64,000 bases of DNA. It comes from Epithemia pelagica. Its lineage: Eukaryota; Protista; Bacillariophyta. The first letter of the stretch is position 1, and every line of letters begins with the position of its first letter. Where the stretch lies: contig OX337234.1 in NCBI GenBank assembly GCA_946965045.2, forward strand, positions 1,426,001 through 1,490,000, given 5' to 3'. The notes below the pieces were generated by a model. It did no database searches. It was not told where the DNA came from and saw only the letters and a list, made by a program, of their open reading frames with translations. Made by a program: the position numbers and the translations under genes. Positions 12,701 to 23,194 of this stretch are shown here, in pieces.

Positions 12701-12862
12701 AACATGAAAGACACACTCGAGTCGAGCAGCAGTTTACCATCGGTGACGGTTCGAGTTTCCGCGCTGGATCGACGCAGGCTTGTACGAGCCGAAAAGGAAG
12801 TCCTCTCCAATTCTTCGTCGCGCAAGTCCAAAAACCGCAACAAGGCTCTTCAGCTACAGTAA
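9719..12862 (+). CDS. Tandem-PDZ plus pentatricopeptide-repeat (PPR) protein, probably plastid-targeted
   Basis: PDZ-like segments (PLGVTL..V; PLGIEVQE...VLPGDRIVAV) then PPR motifs (DVVSYNTILSAL, PDKYTYTPLIKAC, PDTVTYNTMIRSL); leader ends VQS-Y. Confidence 0.85.
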   Translation: MGLSKTTLLLLLHVDLVQSYMTGLSRRPQSYRTRTGRILQVSSSLPEPTFSSSPDEGLREAMSNITASYIDYMSMDDDAEDQAAAQRLDRRVSSLVPDSVFRVQFAMDTPLGVTLVQVNKGRKLVNSKLDLDGVVGGVSAAAASSTTNGDRRVERQRMDWPTVASRLDMDFKGLLVSSVVKGSAAWEMGVRAGDRVTAVSATLGGALWPTSTLDGIQSSLQGRKYTSDYCSLEFSRSDSMALENVYQLRLQRPLGIEVQETADGAVVVTGFRESAPTLVRRAVLPGDRIVAVDSSLGGALWPVTTVAGLTSAITSRLPGAQITIQLQRPLENMQSPVEYTSDSQGLASPASAAAVTATDVTTDTTTTQVSSENTKELIKRCRNVLERYSVKSDTSGFKDKYDVPAIVADKVVDALASARVGLDSMTLSMIMRAYLSCNQPDSALQVFEAAVGFRADATCFTVAESLIGGDNAGGFVPKESALNLYTGTALLQAHAMKGDLYSISRVLASLEGRSGVLVHGLESAPWPFTGVYGSIQPDTRCYNIAMSAATKVGGAEGLDMALAWFESMANSAQSSTEDRKPEKDVVSYNTILSALSAAGRPVEAFRIFDRMKQSKVRPDKYTYTPLIKACQNDGDIEELLYDMKENNIQPDTVTYNTMIRSLCEKRRWTEASKLVTEMESRGVVPDSRTYGNLMSAMLKADKPTACLTLFESACASSRTSSLTENVYLYTTAITAASVLGDSERAIDLLSRMSSKGVKPNLKTLTSVAGACLAGGKYELAAQVYRKIDAPDGYAMCQGIEALSKNGELNEAFEILKSQGRRKGRIMTGKQIMRSYGTLLVEALRLRDFQTAEDVFLNLMRQGNIPNKQMLQDIVQVCGFKDVRGLISFSLEQEDDKLSVFRFFLFVLDALRARRLPVDSYLYSVTLLLGSMIEGKARFIASLLARSKVSQGEQQLLAATVGPSANMKDQSLAESTSSNLFKTWVGIWDQFDSQTNMKDTLESSSSLPSVTVRVSALDRRRLVRAEKEVLSNSSSRKSKNRNKALQLQ

Positions 12863-13361
12863 GAATGTGTTGTTGGAAACCAGCGTTGACCGACTGGGCC
12901 AATCACTCCATGTGTTCTGATGATCCCGCACCACAAGGATTGTCGTGGGTTACGATCATCATTTCTTTTGCTATTATCTTTCCCTAGAGCTACGTGCCCA
13001 TTGCTTTTGTATAATACTCCTTTTCTTTTCATTCACTTTCTTGGTTACTTTACCCATGGGACAAAAAAGGCTGTTTGATGTCATGCCCATTTCCAGAAAC
13101 CTGTGTGCATCTTTTTTCATTCCTCGCTCCTTCCTTCGAAATTTCCTTCTTCCCATGTACCTAGCCCTCATAGCTCATTGTGAGCTGGCAGTTCCACGTT
13201 GAACCCGGATGTTGAAGGCCCTCGCATACGTCAATCGGCAAAACCGCGATCCAAAATCCCAAGAAGATCGGCTATTGCCATCATCTTCTCTCGTCGCCTT
13301 CTTTCGAGCCGTCGTCTGAGTGCCGTAAAGTGTTCAAAGGTGTTGCATTACCTATACAAAG

Positions 13362-14713
13362 ATGTCACCATCCTTTTCGAATCTCTTGCTTCTCTCTGTG
13401 GCCTGCACCAGCAGTGTGATCGTACATGGGTTCCAGGCCTCTCCTACCACCAGCAGAACGACAACCAATTTGTCGATGATGCGAAGCAACGGCCGACCGA
13501 GCCTGACCGAAACGAGCCGTTCCTCCTTTTATCCGTTTCCCAGCGTCTCGGAGCAACGCGACAACAATGATGAATTGTTCACTTTGGCCATGGCATCGTC
13601 TTCGGATGACGAGAACAAGTCGGGTCAACTTCGTCAATTGTTGGGTGTCAAGGGCGCTTCGCAAGAAAGTGATATTTGGAAGATTCGATTGCAATTGACC
13701 AAACCCGTCACCTGGATTCCCTTGGTTTGGGGTGTCATGTGTGGGGCCGCGGCTTCTGGAAACTACCATTGGATGTGGAATCCCTTTGATCCCAATGATC
13801 GCGATGTCTTGTTGGGCTTGGAAGATGCTGCCAAGGGTTTTGTCGCCATGATTTTGGCCGGACCCTTTTTGACGGGATATACTCAAACAATCAATGATTG
13901 GTACGACCGTGAAATTGATGCCATCAATGAACCCTACCGACCCATTCCATCTGGTGCTATTACCGAAGGAGAAGTCATTTTCCAAATCTGGTTCCTCCTG
14001 CTCGGTGGACTGGCCATTTCCTATGGCTTGGATGTGTGGGCCGGTCATGACACTCCTGTCGTCTTGCTGCTTTCCATTTTTGGATCCTTTATCTCGTACA
14101 TTTATTCTGCTCCACCATTGAAGTTGAAGCAAAATGGATGGGCAGGAAACTACGCACTTGGAGCCTCGTACATCTCCCTCCCCTGGTGGTGCGGACAAGC
14201 TGTATTTGGCACGCTCGACCGTCCAGTGTACTTTATTCTGTAAGTTGCTTGTGAACCATTGTCCCTTGCCTTTCAAACGGTGTGTCTCACATGTCATGAC
14301 TATGTCTTGGCTCCTTTGCTGTATCCTATTTCCCTTTCAGACCGATTTTGTACTCGATTGCTGGACTAGGTATTGCCATTGTCAATGATTTCAAGTCCAT
14401 CGAAGGAGATCGCGAGTTGGGACTCCAATCCTTGCCAGTGGCCTTTGGTGTCGACAAGGCGAAATGGATCTGTGCCGGTTCCGTGACCTTGACACAACTC
14501 GGTGTGGCTGCGTACTTGTATGCGGTCGGTGAAACCAACTACGCTCTCATTTTGATGGGATTGCTCTTGCCTCAAATTTACTTCCAAGCCACTCTTTTGT
14601 TGCCGGATCCTATTGAAAATGATGTCAAATACCAAGCCAGCTCACAACCCTTTTTCGTCTTTGGTATCCTGGCCACTGCTCTGGCCATTGGACATCATGA
14701 CTTTTCGGCATAA
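13362..14713 (+). CDS. chlG: Chlorophyll synthase, 2 exons (intron 14240-14340)
   Basis: KIRLQLTKPVTWIPL, NDWYDREIDAINEPYRPIPSG, VNDFKSIEGDRELGLQSLP, NDVKYQASSQPF; bipartite leader VHG-F. Confidence 0.95.
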
Positions 14714-15015
14714 CCAGAAACTAGCAGTACTCCATATCTTTTACAAATGAGCAAACCATCCGTGTCTTTTGAGCACTGCCTCTAAATCGCTCACCACAGG
14801 TTTGCATCTGTAGGAGTATGTGTTTTCACATTCTTAGGAAGAGTGGCTTGAAAGAGATTGCCGAGACGAACGATCATGATCTCATTCACCTGCGGCAGTT
14901 ATCATAACAACTAGGTAAATAGATCCTGCAGAGTCTTGCTCTTGTAATCCGCGTAGCAAAAAGTCACTTTACAGTATACAATTACAAAAAAGGACCATTC
15001 ACCGCCCTATTCGTG

Positions 15016-16635
15016 TTAATTGTGGTGCGGTGCAAACCAATCCTTGTTTCGTCGGCACGCCAACAAGGCAGGAAGAATGACATGTTGAATCGAGGTGGGA
15101 TTGGATCGTGCAATCAACCTCGAACTCAATTGTTCGAGCCGCGCACTGTCTTGAACGGTTCGTCGTTGTTCCACCGCATCTTGGACGCGAGCCCAATTGC
15201 GATTGCGCAAAATCAAACCCTGTAGCCATAGTTGAATGTCTTTGGGCAAAAGGGATCGGTGAAAGCTCTTTTGACAGGCAAAGTAGGTCAAGGACAAATT
15301 GGATTGCAACTGGGACATGAGCAAGGTCGAATACGGCAAGAGGGATACAACGTTTTCTGTCCAGGAGAGTGTTTTCAAGCGAGAGCACTGTGTCAACAAG
15401 ACTGTCAACAAATCATTGGTAACATCGTATGGCATAAAGTCAATGTTGTGTAACGTAAAGAGCTCCAAGTTTGAATTGATTGTGTTGGTCTTGCCTAATC
15501 TAGCCAGAGCTGTCGGGAGATCCATTTTGGGAACATAGGGGCTGGATCCCATTCGTCGTCGAGTATTTCGCTCTTGCGATGCGGCAAAGAGGGAATGAAA
15601 GCCGGAGATTCCGACATGAACAAGCGTCGAATCAAACAAGAGTTGCACCAGTGCGGGCAATCCCTCATTTCGATCCAGACTCCCAAATCGGACTTCGTTC
15701 AATTCCAATCCACGCAGTCGTTTCGATGGCACAATTCCCTCTTGCACCAACGTACAAAAGCCCTTGGTGGTCAAGTTGGAAAAGGACAAGTTCAGGACCG
15801 TTAATTGAGGTAGTTGAGGCAAGGAACGTGCCAAGGAAGCCAACAGAGGCGAGGAACCATCAAGATCCGACCAGTGCAATGTTTTGAGGTTGCAATGGTT
15901 CCAAACCGGATGAAAGGGGTTGTCCGATGACAAACTTGTGGTAGAAGTAGGAAGAAACAGTGGAGATTCGGTCGGTGAAGCAAGCGACACATCTTCAGTC
16001 GTTGGAGGAGGGTCGGAAGGATTGGTCACATCGAGACTCATCACATTGATGGCGCGACAGGAAGGAGTTGAGGCGATGAAGGCCGACAATTGTTCACAGG
16101 AAAAATTGAGAGATCCTCCGAATTCCAATCGTTCAATGGGTAATCGTTCCAACAAGGCAATCAATTCGGGAAAGGAGGACGAATCCACTTGGCAGGAAAA
16201 GAGTGACAGAACCAATGCCCTTGGAGGTCTGGCGCGTCCAGTTTTCTGTCGATCCCACACTTTTTGCAATTCCTGAATCTCGCGAGTGCCGACCACACAG
16301 TCTTGGAACTTGAATTTGATGGAATGGGATCGTTCCATGGTCGTCGTCGAGTCTCTGCTTTTGGTGACGATGCTTGTCATGTCTTGTTCGCCTTCACCTT
16401 CCCAAATGGACGACCCAGAGAACGACCTCGAATGAAGAGATCGGTGTCCGAACGCGTACAATCGCATTTCCTTTCTTCCCTTACGTGATAGGAGAGAGAA
16501 CACTGTAGCAGGTCCACGCTCGTTTGAGTCTCGGGCGTCTCCGGTGGGGATTATGACAACGGCATTGTTGTTCTCGTTTGAATGGATGCAGTCCGGAATG
16601 AAAACGAGACAGCCGCTCCCATCAAAACGGCGCAT
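15016..16635 (-). CDS. RNI-like leucine-rich-repeat protein
   Basis: 539-aa ORF with LRR-like units (LTVLNLSFSNLT, LRGLELNEV, LKTLSWTEN). Confidence 0.65.
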   Translation of the reverse strand: MRRFDGSGCLVFIPDCIHSNENNNAVVIIPTGDARDSNERGPATVFSLLSRKGRKEMRLYAFGHRSLHSRSFSGSSIWEGEGEQDMTSIVTKSRDSTTTMERSHSIKFKFQDCVVGTREIQELQKVWDRQKTGRARPPRALVLSLFSCQVDSSSFPELIALLERLPIERLEFGGSLNFSCEQLSAFIASTPSCRAINVMSLDVTNPSDPPPTTEDVSLASPTESPLFLPTSTTSLSSDNPFHPVWNHCNLKTLHWSDLDGSSPLLASLARSLPQLPQLTVLNLSFSNLTTKGFCTLVQEGIVPSKRLRGLELNEVRFGSLDRNEGLPALVQLLFDSTLVHVGISGFHSLFAASQERNTRRRMGSSPYVPKMDLPTALARLGKTNTINSNLELFTLHNIDFMPYDVTNDLLTVLLTQCSRLKTLSWTENVVSLLPYSTLLMSQLQSNLSLTYFACQKSFHRSLLPKDIQLWLQGLILRNRNWARVQDAVEQRRTVQDSARLEQLSSRLIARSNPTSIQHVILPALLACRRNKDWFAPHHN

Positions 16636-17159
16636 TAAGTAGGTTTCGTACCGTTATCGCGCACAGCACCAACCTGCCGCGCCGGCCAACTACACAACTC
16701 GGAATTCTCCTGTTCGAGTCACGCTCCTTTCACGAACCCTACACTACTATCATGGGCATGATATTTTAGACTACCTAGCGATAGGGTGTAACTTTGAGAC
16801 GCTTTTCAAACGCTACAGAGTCGCTCTATTACTTTCGCGACTCCACGCGCATCTTGGCAGTCGGCCGAGGATCTTTCTCCCGTGCAGATCACACGAGCCA
16901 CACGTTGCTCTTCTACGACCTCAAGAACGGATCTCTCTCGCTCTGGCACACGGAAAATACGGACTCCATCTTCCAACAAGACACGACGGAGGAGTCTCTT
17001 CTTGTCGTCGACGTTGTAGCACTACCACCTGGTCTACCATCGTTGGACCGCAAACAGATTTGATAAGCAAGGAAGAAGAACGAGAAAGAGAGCTGAAGTT
17101 GAGGGAGATTGTGTTTGTAACCAATTCTTCTTTGTGTGTCCCTTGTCTGTATCAGACAT

Positions 17160-18101
17160 AATGCTGTCCTTGTCATCCGGTTTGTTGAAGAGTATTCCCA
17201 AGCGTGTGCCGTCGTTTTTGTCATCAAACGCCGTCGTAACTATCCAACGAGCCACTTTTTCTACCATGCAAGGCACGGTGAAATGGTTTGATATCCAAAA
17301 GGGTTTTGGATTCATTCAAACCGAAGATGGGTCTCCCGATGTTTTTGTTCACCAGTCAGTTATTCATGCCGAAGGTTTTCGCTCGCTCGCGGTAAGGTCC
17401 TTGTGGTCCCTGACACCTCCTTGACTCGATCATTTGTCTCAGCTGTGTTGCGCTCTCTATACGTTCACCCATATATATAATAGGAAGGAGAACCCGTCGA
17501 GTTTACAACCATGACGGATTCACGTGGTCGACAACAAGCGGCTCGTGTGACAGGCCCTGGTGGTGTCTTTGTACAAGGTGCACCACGAAGAACGTTCCAG
17601 CCGAGAGATGGAGGATATGGCTACAATCCTGGTGGTGGTGGAGGAGGAGGCTTTGGCGGCTACGGTGGAGGCCGAGGATTTGATCAGGGTAACTATGGTG
17701 GTTACGGTGGCGGCGGCTACGGCGGTGGTGGTTACGGTGGGGGAGGGTATGCTCCTGGAGGAGGCGCTGGATACGGTGGTCCCGCCGGAGGGGGCAGTTT
17801 TGGCCGTGGTGGCGGCGGATACGGTGGTGGCGGCTTCAACGATGGCGGATTTGGAGGAGCACCTCCACCGGGAGGCTATGGTGGATACGGCGGTACTGCA
17901 CCGGCCGGTGGTGCTGCGGGTGGATTTGGTGCCCAAGCCACTGGATATGCGGCCGACACACAAGGAGGCTTTGGTGCCGGTGCTCAAGAAGGCTTTGGTG
18001 CCGGCGCGCAAGAAGGCTTTGGTGCCGGACCTCAGGAAGGTTATGGAAATCAGGGGGGAGCTGGTGGTACCAACCAAGGAGGCTTTGGTGCTGGACCTTA
18101 G
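17160..18101 (+). CDS. Cold-shock-domain plus glycine-rich RNA-binding protein, copy 1 (intron 17392-17483)
   Basis: [26 protein letters not shown]|EGEPVEF; GGY/RGG-rich tail; basic N-terminal presequence. Confidence 0.9.
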
Positions 18102-18624
18102 GCCAGTCAGTTGCGCATACGAGTTCTGTGTTTAAAATGGGAGCCGACTGAAGACTTGGTGGTGGAGTACCAGTAAGTTATGTCTCAGTAATTGCTACTA
18201 TATATACTGCTGCCACATTTCCAAATGCTTTCAATGGACGACAAAGACGTCTATTGCTGCAAACCTTACATATAAGAATCATAGGATCAATGATTTTGTT
18301 GTAAATAGGATTGCATCACAGTTTTGTTCGAGTTGTCAGATCACCGTATTGAGTACTATGAACAGGGCACTTTACAGTTTGCAGAGGGGTTGCGCCATCT
18401 GTCCGACTTTTGATGTGGTCTGTCCGTTGACCCGTGTAGTCTGGGAGCCGACCATATCTTTCGGCCGGCGAATTCATCACGAGGACTGCAGAGAAAAGTA
18501 AACAAAGATCGTTGTCTCTCAAGTTTCGACGTGAAGAAAGGACTCGGTCGAGATATTGAAACGAGCCCCATACTGCCCAAGGACTTGCTTTCATTCATAA
18601 CGAGCATCAAGTGATAGGAAGAAA

Positions 18625-19585
18625 ATGCTCTCGCTTTCCTCAAAACTCCTCAAGAACGCGGTTGCGAACCGGTCGTCTGCGATATCGGGTGGTTCTGTCG
18701 CCAAAGCCTTGTTTTCGACCAAGAATGGAACTTGCAAATGGTTCAATGTACAAAAGGGATATGGATTTATTGCCCCAGATGATGGATCTGATGATGTTTT
18801 CGTGCATCAAACCGTAGTCCATGCCAATGGATTCCGTTCTCTTGCCGTAAGTGGCCATCATCGACAGTCTTGTAGTTTGTGTGGAGTGAATCTTGTCTCA
18901 ATGCTGTTGTTGATTTTCTTCCATGTTTTCATCTGTTATCTCTAGAACGGAGAACCTGTAGAGTATGAAGTCATGACTGACCCCGATGGGCGTATCAAGG
19001 CTTCTCGTGTGACGGTGAGTAATGATGATTTCTATCTGGTCGATAGGTCTTTTGGCGTCTGACGAGTTTCCCTTTCATGACTGAAATCGTGGCGAATTCA
19101 AGGGTCCTGGTGGTAACTTTGTTCAAGGAGCACCACGTCCCCTTCCACCTCAGGGTGGATACGGAGGGTTCGGTGGAGGCGGCCCTGGTGGATACGGTGG
19201 TGGAGGCCCTGGTGGATATGGTGGCGGTGGCTACGGTGGTGGTGGCTACGGTGGTGGTGGTGGCTACGGCAGCGGCGGCTACGGAGGCGGTGGTTATGGA
19301 AACAGGGGTGGAGGCTACGGAGGTGGTGGCTTTGGCGGACCCGGTGGTGGCGGCGGCGGCGGCCCAGGATTTGGTGCCAATAGTGGAGGCTTTGGCGATG
19401 GAGCTTTCGGCAGTGGAGGAGGATTTGGTAGCAACGATGGAGGTTTTGGAAGTGGAGGAGGATTTGGAGAACCACCGTCCAGTGGCGGAGGATTCGGATC
19501 ATCCGATGCTACTCCTTCCACGTCGGAATCATCGACAAGTACTGATTCTGGAACCGGAACACCCGGGTCGACGACATCGTCCTAG
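18625..19585 (+). CDS. Cold-shock-domain plus glycine-rich protein, copy 2 (introns ~18847-18945 and ~19014-19102)
   Basis: [26 protein letters not shown]|NGEPVEY, SRVT|[12 protein letters not shown]; Gly-rich tail. Confidence 0.88.
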
Positions 19586-19994
19586 AGCTAAGGAAATACT
19601 CGTTGAGCCAGTCGTACCTGCACATTACAGTTCGCCATTACCCAATTCAAAATTCTATTTGCGTTTCCACAACAATAAAGAGCAACTCGTGAACCTGAAG
19701 TTGCAGCACATCATCAGTAACATAATTTGAATGCATTGCGTCCTTGATTTTCCATTCCTTTTTGGTTGAGGAGCTGCTTGCGCCTGAGCTAAATTCCATT
19801 CTCTTACTGGTAGCACTCATAGCTTTCTCGCTAGAGAGAGAGGAAGCCCAAGCAGATTCTTGAGAAGTTATGAAACTTGGTTGATCGACGAATGGTCAGT
19901 GGATCGCAGTCGCGGAAATGACTCCCCAATCGATTATTAATGGATTTCTCACTTTTTTGTAGGGTGTCAACGAGAAACCATTTCCAAGGCGACC

Positions 19995-21218
19995 ATGACG
20001 GCCAACAAGAAAAACATTACATTGATCAATTTAAGTCCTCCCTATGGGATGGACGCAGGGACTTTGATTCTCGCCGCCTCTCATAGAACGTCTTCAGTTC
20101 ACCAACTCCTTGTGTGTGAAAAAGAGATTCTCCTCAAAGATTTGACTCCCTCCAAGGACGCGGTCGAGGTCGACGACGACGAGGAGGATGATGACGAGGA
20201 TGACCTTGTGGAGGAAAACAGCAAAATTCAAAATAAGAACCAAGAGGATCAACCTTCTGAAAATGAGAAGCAAGCTGAATCGGACGCCAAGTCAAAGGAG
20301 GAAACAACGGCCAAACCGATTGACTTGAAATCACTTGCAACTTTCTTTGAGAAATCTCATACGGTCGTGCTGCCAGATTCCATGTTTTACGACAAGAGCC
20401 GTGTCTTTCATACCGAAATCTTTATTGAAAATGGTGCTCTCGAAGCTCTCAAACAGTTTTATATCAGTGGAGGAACAGTCATTGTCATGTGCATCGAGGG
20501 CTTCCTCTTTGCCATTGACGAAAAGTTGAATAAATTGTTTGGAACTGACTGGAAGATCCAATTTTCCGAAGTAGGATCTTGCTCTGTGGTTCCCACTGAT
20601 TGCGCAGTGTCCATTCGTGGCCCGTTTTTGCCCAAGAATCCATTGCTCAAGGACAATCCTCACTTCATCCATTGCAAGGAGGACCAAGGCCTCTACAAGC
20701 CTCTTCTCCAAAACAAGGAACAATTCGTCAAATCCTTCCATGCACAAGACGAAGTATTTGAGCGATTGGGAATCGAGCAAGATGAAAGTTTGGATTGTTT
20801 CAATGTAGAAAAGAGTTGGGAAAAGTATCGAGAACGGTATACGGACTGTTATGCCATTGCAGTGCATGAGGGAAACTCGTCGTCCGACACAACAGAGGTG
20901 AAGCCAAAAGGCACCATTGTGTGGTATGGCGATCGTGGACAATCGGAAACCATGGCATTTGTCTTTTGTAAATTGCTCAATTTGGATCCATCGGGACAGT
21001 TTGAATCTCCTCCGGTCGTCACGAGTAAATTCACCCGAACGTCGAATGCGGTAACAACTGCCACTCGATCATCACCCAGACGAGGTCTCGTCCATGTTCT
21101 GGAGCGCTATTGGGAAGCTTTGAATTTGAAGGGATCGGGAGGATCTACTGTCATGCTTTCTATTGTGGTTCTTTTGATTGCCATTGCAGTACAGTTCCAT
21201 GGAATTGTGATTTCCTAG
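19995..21218 (+). CDS. Hypothetical protein with acidic tract and C-terminal hydrophobic helix
   Basis: 407-aa intronless ORF; TM-like end MLSIVVLLIAIAVQF. Confidence 0.65.
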   Translation: MTANKKNITLINLSPPYGMDAGTLILAASHRTSSVHQLLVCEKEILLKDLTPSKDAVEVDDDEEDDDEDDLVEENSKIQNKNQEDQPSENEKQAESDAKSKEETTAKPIDLKSLATFFEKSHTVVLPDSMFYDKSRVFHTEIFIENGALEALKQFYISGGTVIVMCIEGFLFAIDEKLNKLFGTDWKIQFSEVGSCSVVPTDCAVSIRGPFLPKNPLLKDNPHFIHCKEDQGLYKPLLQNKEQFVKSFHAQDEVFERLGIEQDESLDCFNVEKSWEKYRERYTDCYAIAVHEGNSSSDTTEVKPKGTIVWYGDRGQSETMAFVFCKLLNLDPSGQFESPPVVTSKFTRTSNAVTTATRSSPRRGLVHVLERYWEALNLKGSGGSTVMLSIVVLLIAIAVQFHGIVIS

Positions 21219-21726
21219 GAGACTGGCGTTTTGGAACGGCAGAAATGATCATACGGGTGGAGCACAAAATGTCCGGCGCAGTGCGTTTGCCCTTTTCCAC
21301 AAAGTGACAAAGCATGGGGGTTCAAGAAGTGACAAAAACCTTTAGTGCTCGGGGCTGTACGACTAATGTCATGATTTTGAATTGGTAACATCGATCGATG
21401 GGCAAGAAATTTTACTACCAAGGGGTGACTGAAATGTTCCGATAGAAAAAGACTTTATTGAGAACGCATTATACACTTGTTATCTCTTATTATACCAGGG
21501 GTAGATTCCTATGTGTGCTATCATTCATAAAGGAGCATACTTGTAGGGATCCAAACTTTGTTGGTTCTGTTTCGAACGTCTACATCCACTAATAATGCAT
21601 TCAAACACCTCCTATGATTCTTTCTTACGGTTGCAGGACGACGAACGCGTGTGCAACTTGCCCATCTGTGGTTTAGAATTTTGTTGGTTTGCCCTACTTT
21701 TGCGTTCTCTCTGCAAATTGCTATTC

Positions 21727-22857
21727 TCAAGACATGGGATTAGCCAACGTTTTGGCATCTTGTTGAATATCCAAACCAGCCGCTTCCCAGACTTTTTTCA
21801 TGGCCGCAGCTTGGTATTGTTGAATGAGGGGATCGCCTTCAAAGTCGGAAATGGCACATTGGAAAATGGCATAGCCGCGGCCGCCATTTTCAAAGCCCAT
21901 ATCGGACAAGACCTTGCTACCCAAATACACGTCTTCGACCAAAATTTTTTGCAAGGCATTGTGTTTGGCAATGGCTTCTTGATTGACATCGTCTGGGTGG
22001 GTGATGCGGCCTACCTTTTTCTGAATCAACAAGAGAATGTCTGGACTGCACATTTTGCTCGTGACCAAATGCATGTGATTGCGAGCCTCCACGACGGTGA
22101 GTTGCGGAACGTCCCGAATGTTAAAGTCAAAGGAGGTGCTGACCAACTTGCGCCAAATTTCTTGTCGTGCCGTTTTGAAATGAATTTCTTGTGTCTCGTC
22201 CGACAGATTATCAAAAAAGTCCTGCGTATGTTTGGCATAATGTTGCAACCCCATTTCGTTCATGGCATATCCGAGATTGGAAATTATGTGCAATTGGGCT
22301 GTAAAAAAGATCTCCATCATTTTTTGCCATCGTTCCACGACACTCATAGTCCCTCCATCGGCCTGCTGAGATAATTGGACCAATCGGTAATGTGCGACTC
22401 CCATGCTCAAGTACAATTCCATACAATCGTTAATGGTTTGTAACATGTCGGCTGTCAATCGTTCTGGTGCGGGAACATTTTCCAATTCGGCCTCTCCGCC
22501 CGCACCAATCTCCGCGTTACCACCACCTCCTAGTTGTTGTTGTTGTTCTTGCTGCTGCTGTTGCTGTTTCAAACGTGCTTCTTGTTCTTGATGTTCCTTG
22601 ACGACGTCGTCCACACCGGGAGGTAGGCCGCTTTGAAAACGGATGGATCCCATATTCGATTCTTGTAAGTGACTTGGAAGTGATGGCGGAAGCAACGTGG
22701 TGTTGTTCGAACCTGTACTCCAATTCATTCCAGCAGCCGATGGCATCCAGCGACTCCTACTTCGAGCCATGACCATGTTTGGTCGAGAGACGAAACGTTT
22801 CATCATCCAACCACAAGAAGTCGACATGATGATACCACACAGCAACAAGATCAACAA
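21727..22857 (-). CDS. Hypothetical protein with an organelle-targeting-like N-terminus
   Basis: 376-aa ORF; Arg/Ser-rich leader, poly-Q, helical core; start uncertain. Confidence 0.6.
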   Translation of the reverse strand: MLILLLCGIIMSTSCGWMMKRFVSRPNMVMARSRSRWMPSAAGMNWSTGSNNTTLLPPSLPSHLQESNMGSIRFQSGLPPGVDDVVKEHQEQEARLKQQQQQQEQQQQLGGGGNAEIGAGGEAELENVPAPERLTADMLQTINDCMELYLSMGVAHYRLVQLSQQADGGTMSVVERWQKMMEIFFTAQLHIISNLGYAMNEMGLQHYAKHTQDFFDNLSDETQEIHFKTARQEIWRKLVSTSFDFNIRDVPQLTVVEARNHMHLVTSKMCSPDILLLIQKKVGRITHPDDVNQEAIAKHNALQKILVEDVYLGSKVLSDMGFENGGRGYAIFQCAISDFEGDPLIQQYQAAAMKKVWEAAGLDIQQDAKTLANPMS

Positions 22858-23194
22858 CCACTGGCAAGGCTGGTTTTTCTTTCGCAGTAATCAAGTCCTT
22901 GGGCTGTTGCAATAACGCGTTTGCTGCTGTCACCTCCTTTCAGTTGGACACCTCGGTTATGTTATTCTCTTGGTCAAGAAGACGCGAAAAGATCCACCTT
23001 TTGCTTTTGCATGTCTGCGCCATCTGCGGAGTTCTTCGTGGCCAAAAGGATTCCATCTAGGTCGGATGACGGACGGACTATATTCCTACCAGAACTCCCA
23101 TTGCAGATCCAACCAGCCCATCACCATTGATGATGGTGGAAGCAAGTTTTCTCGTTGCGCTCTTTGGCTTGGTTGTTGCAAACGCTGGAAGACC

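Noticed and set aside
13365-14297. 310-aa antisense ORF
   Set aside because: Shadow of chlG.
16769-16781. 13-mer GACTACCTAGCGA also found near 48928
   Set aside because: Many 13-mer matches are expected by chance at this window size.
17520-18135. Alternative-frame and antisense ORFs over Gly-rich tails (also 19077-19730)
   Set aside because: By-products of GGN repeats.
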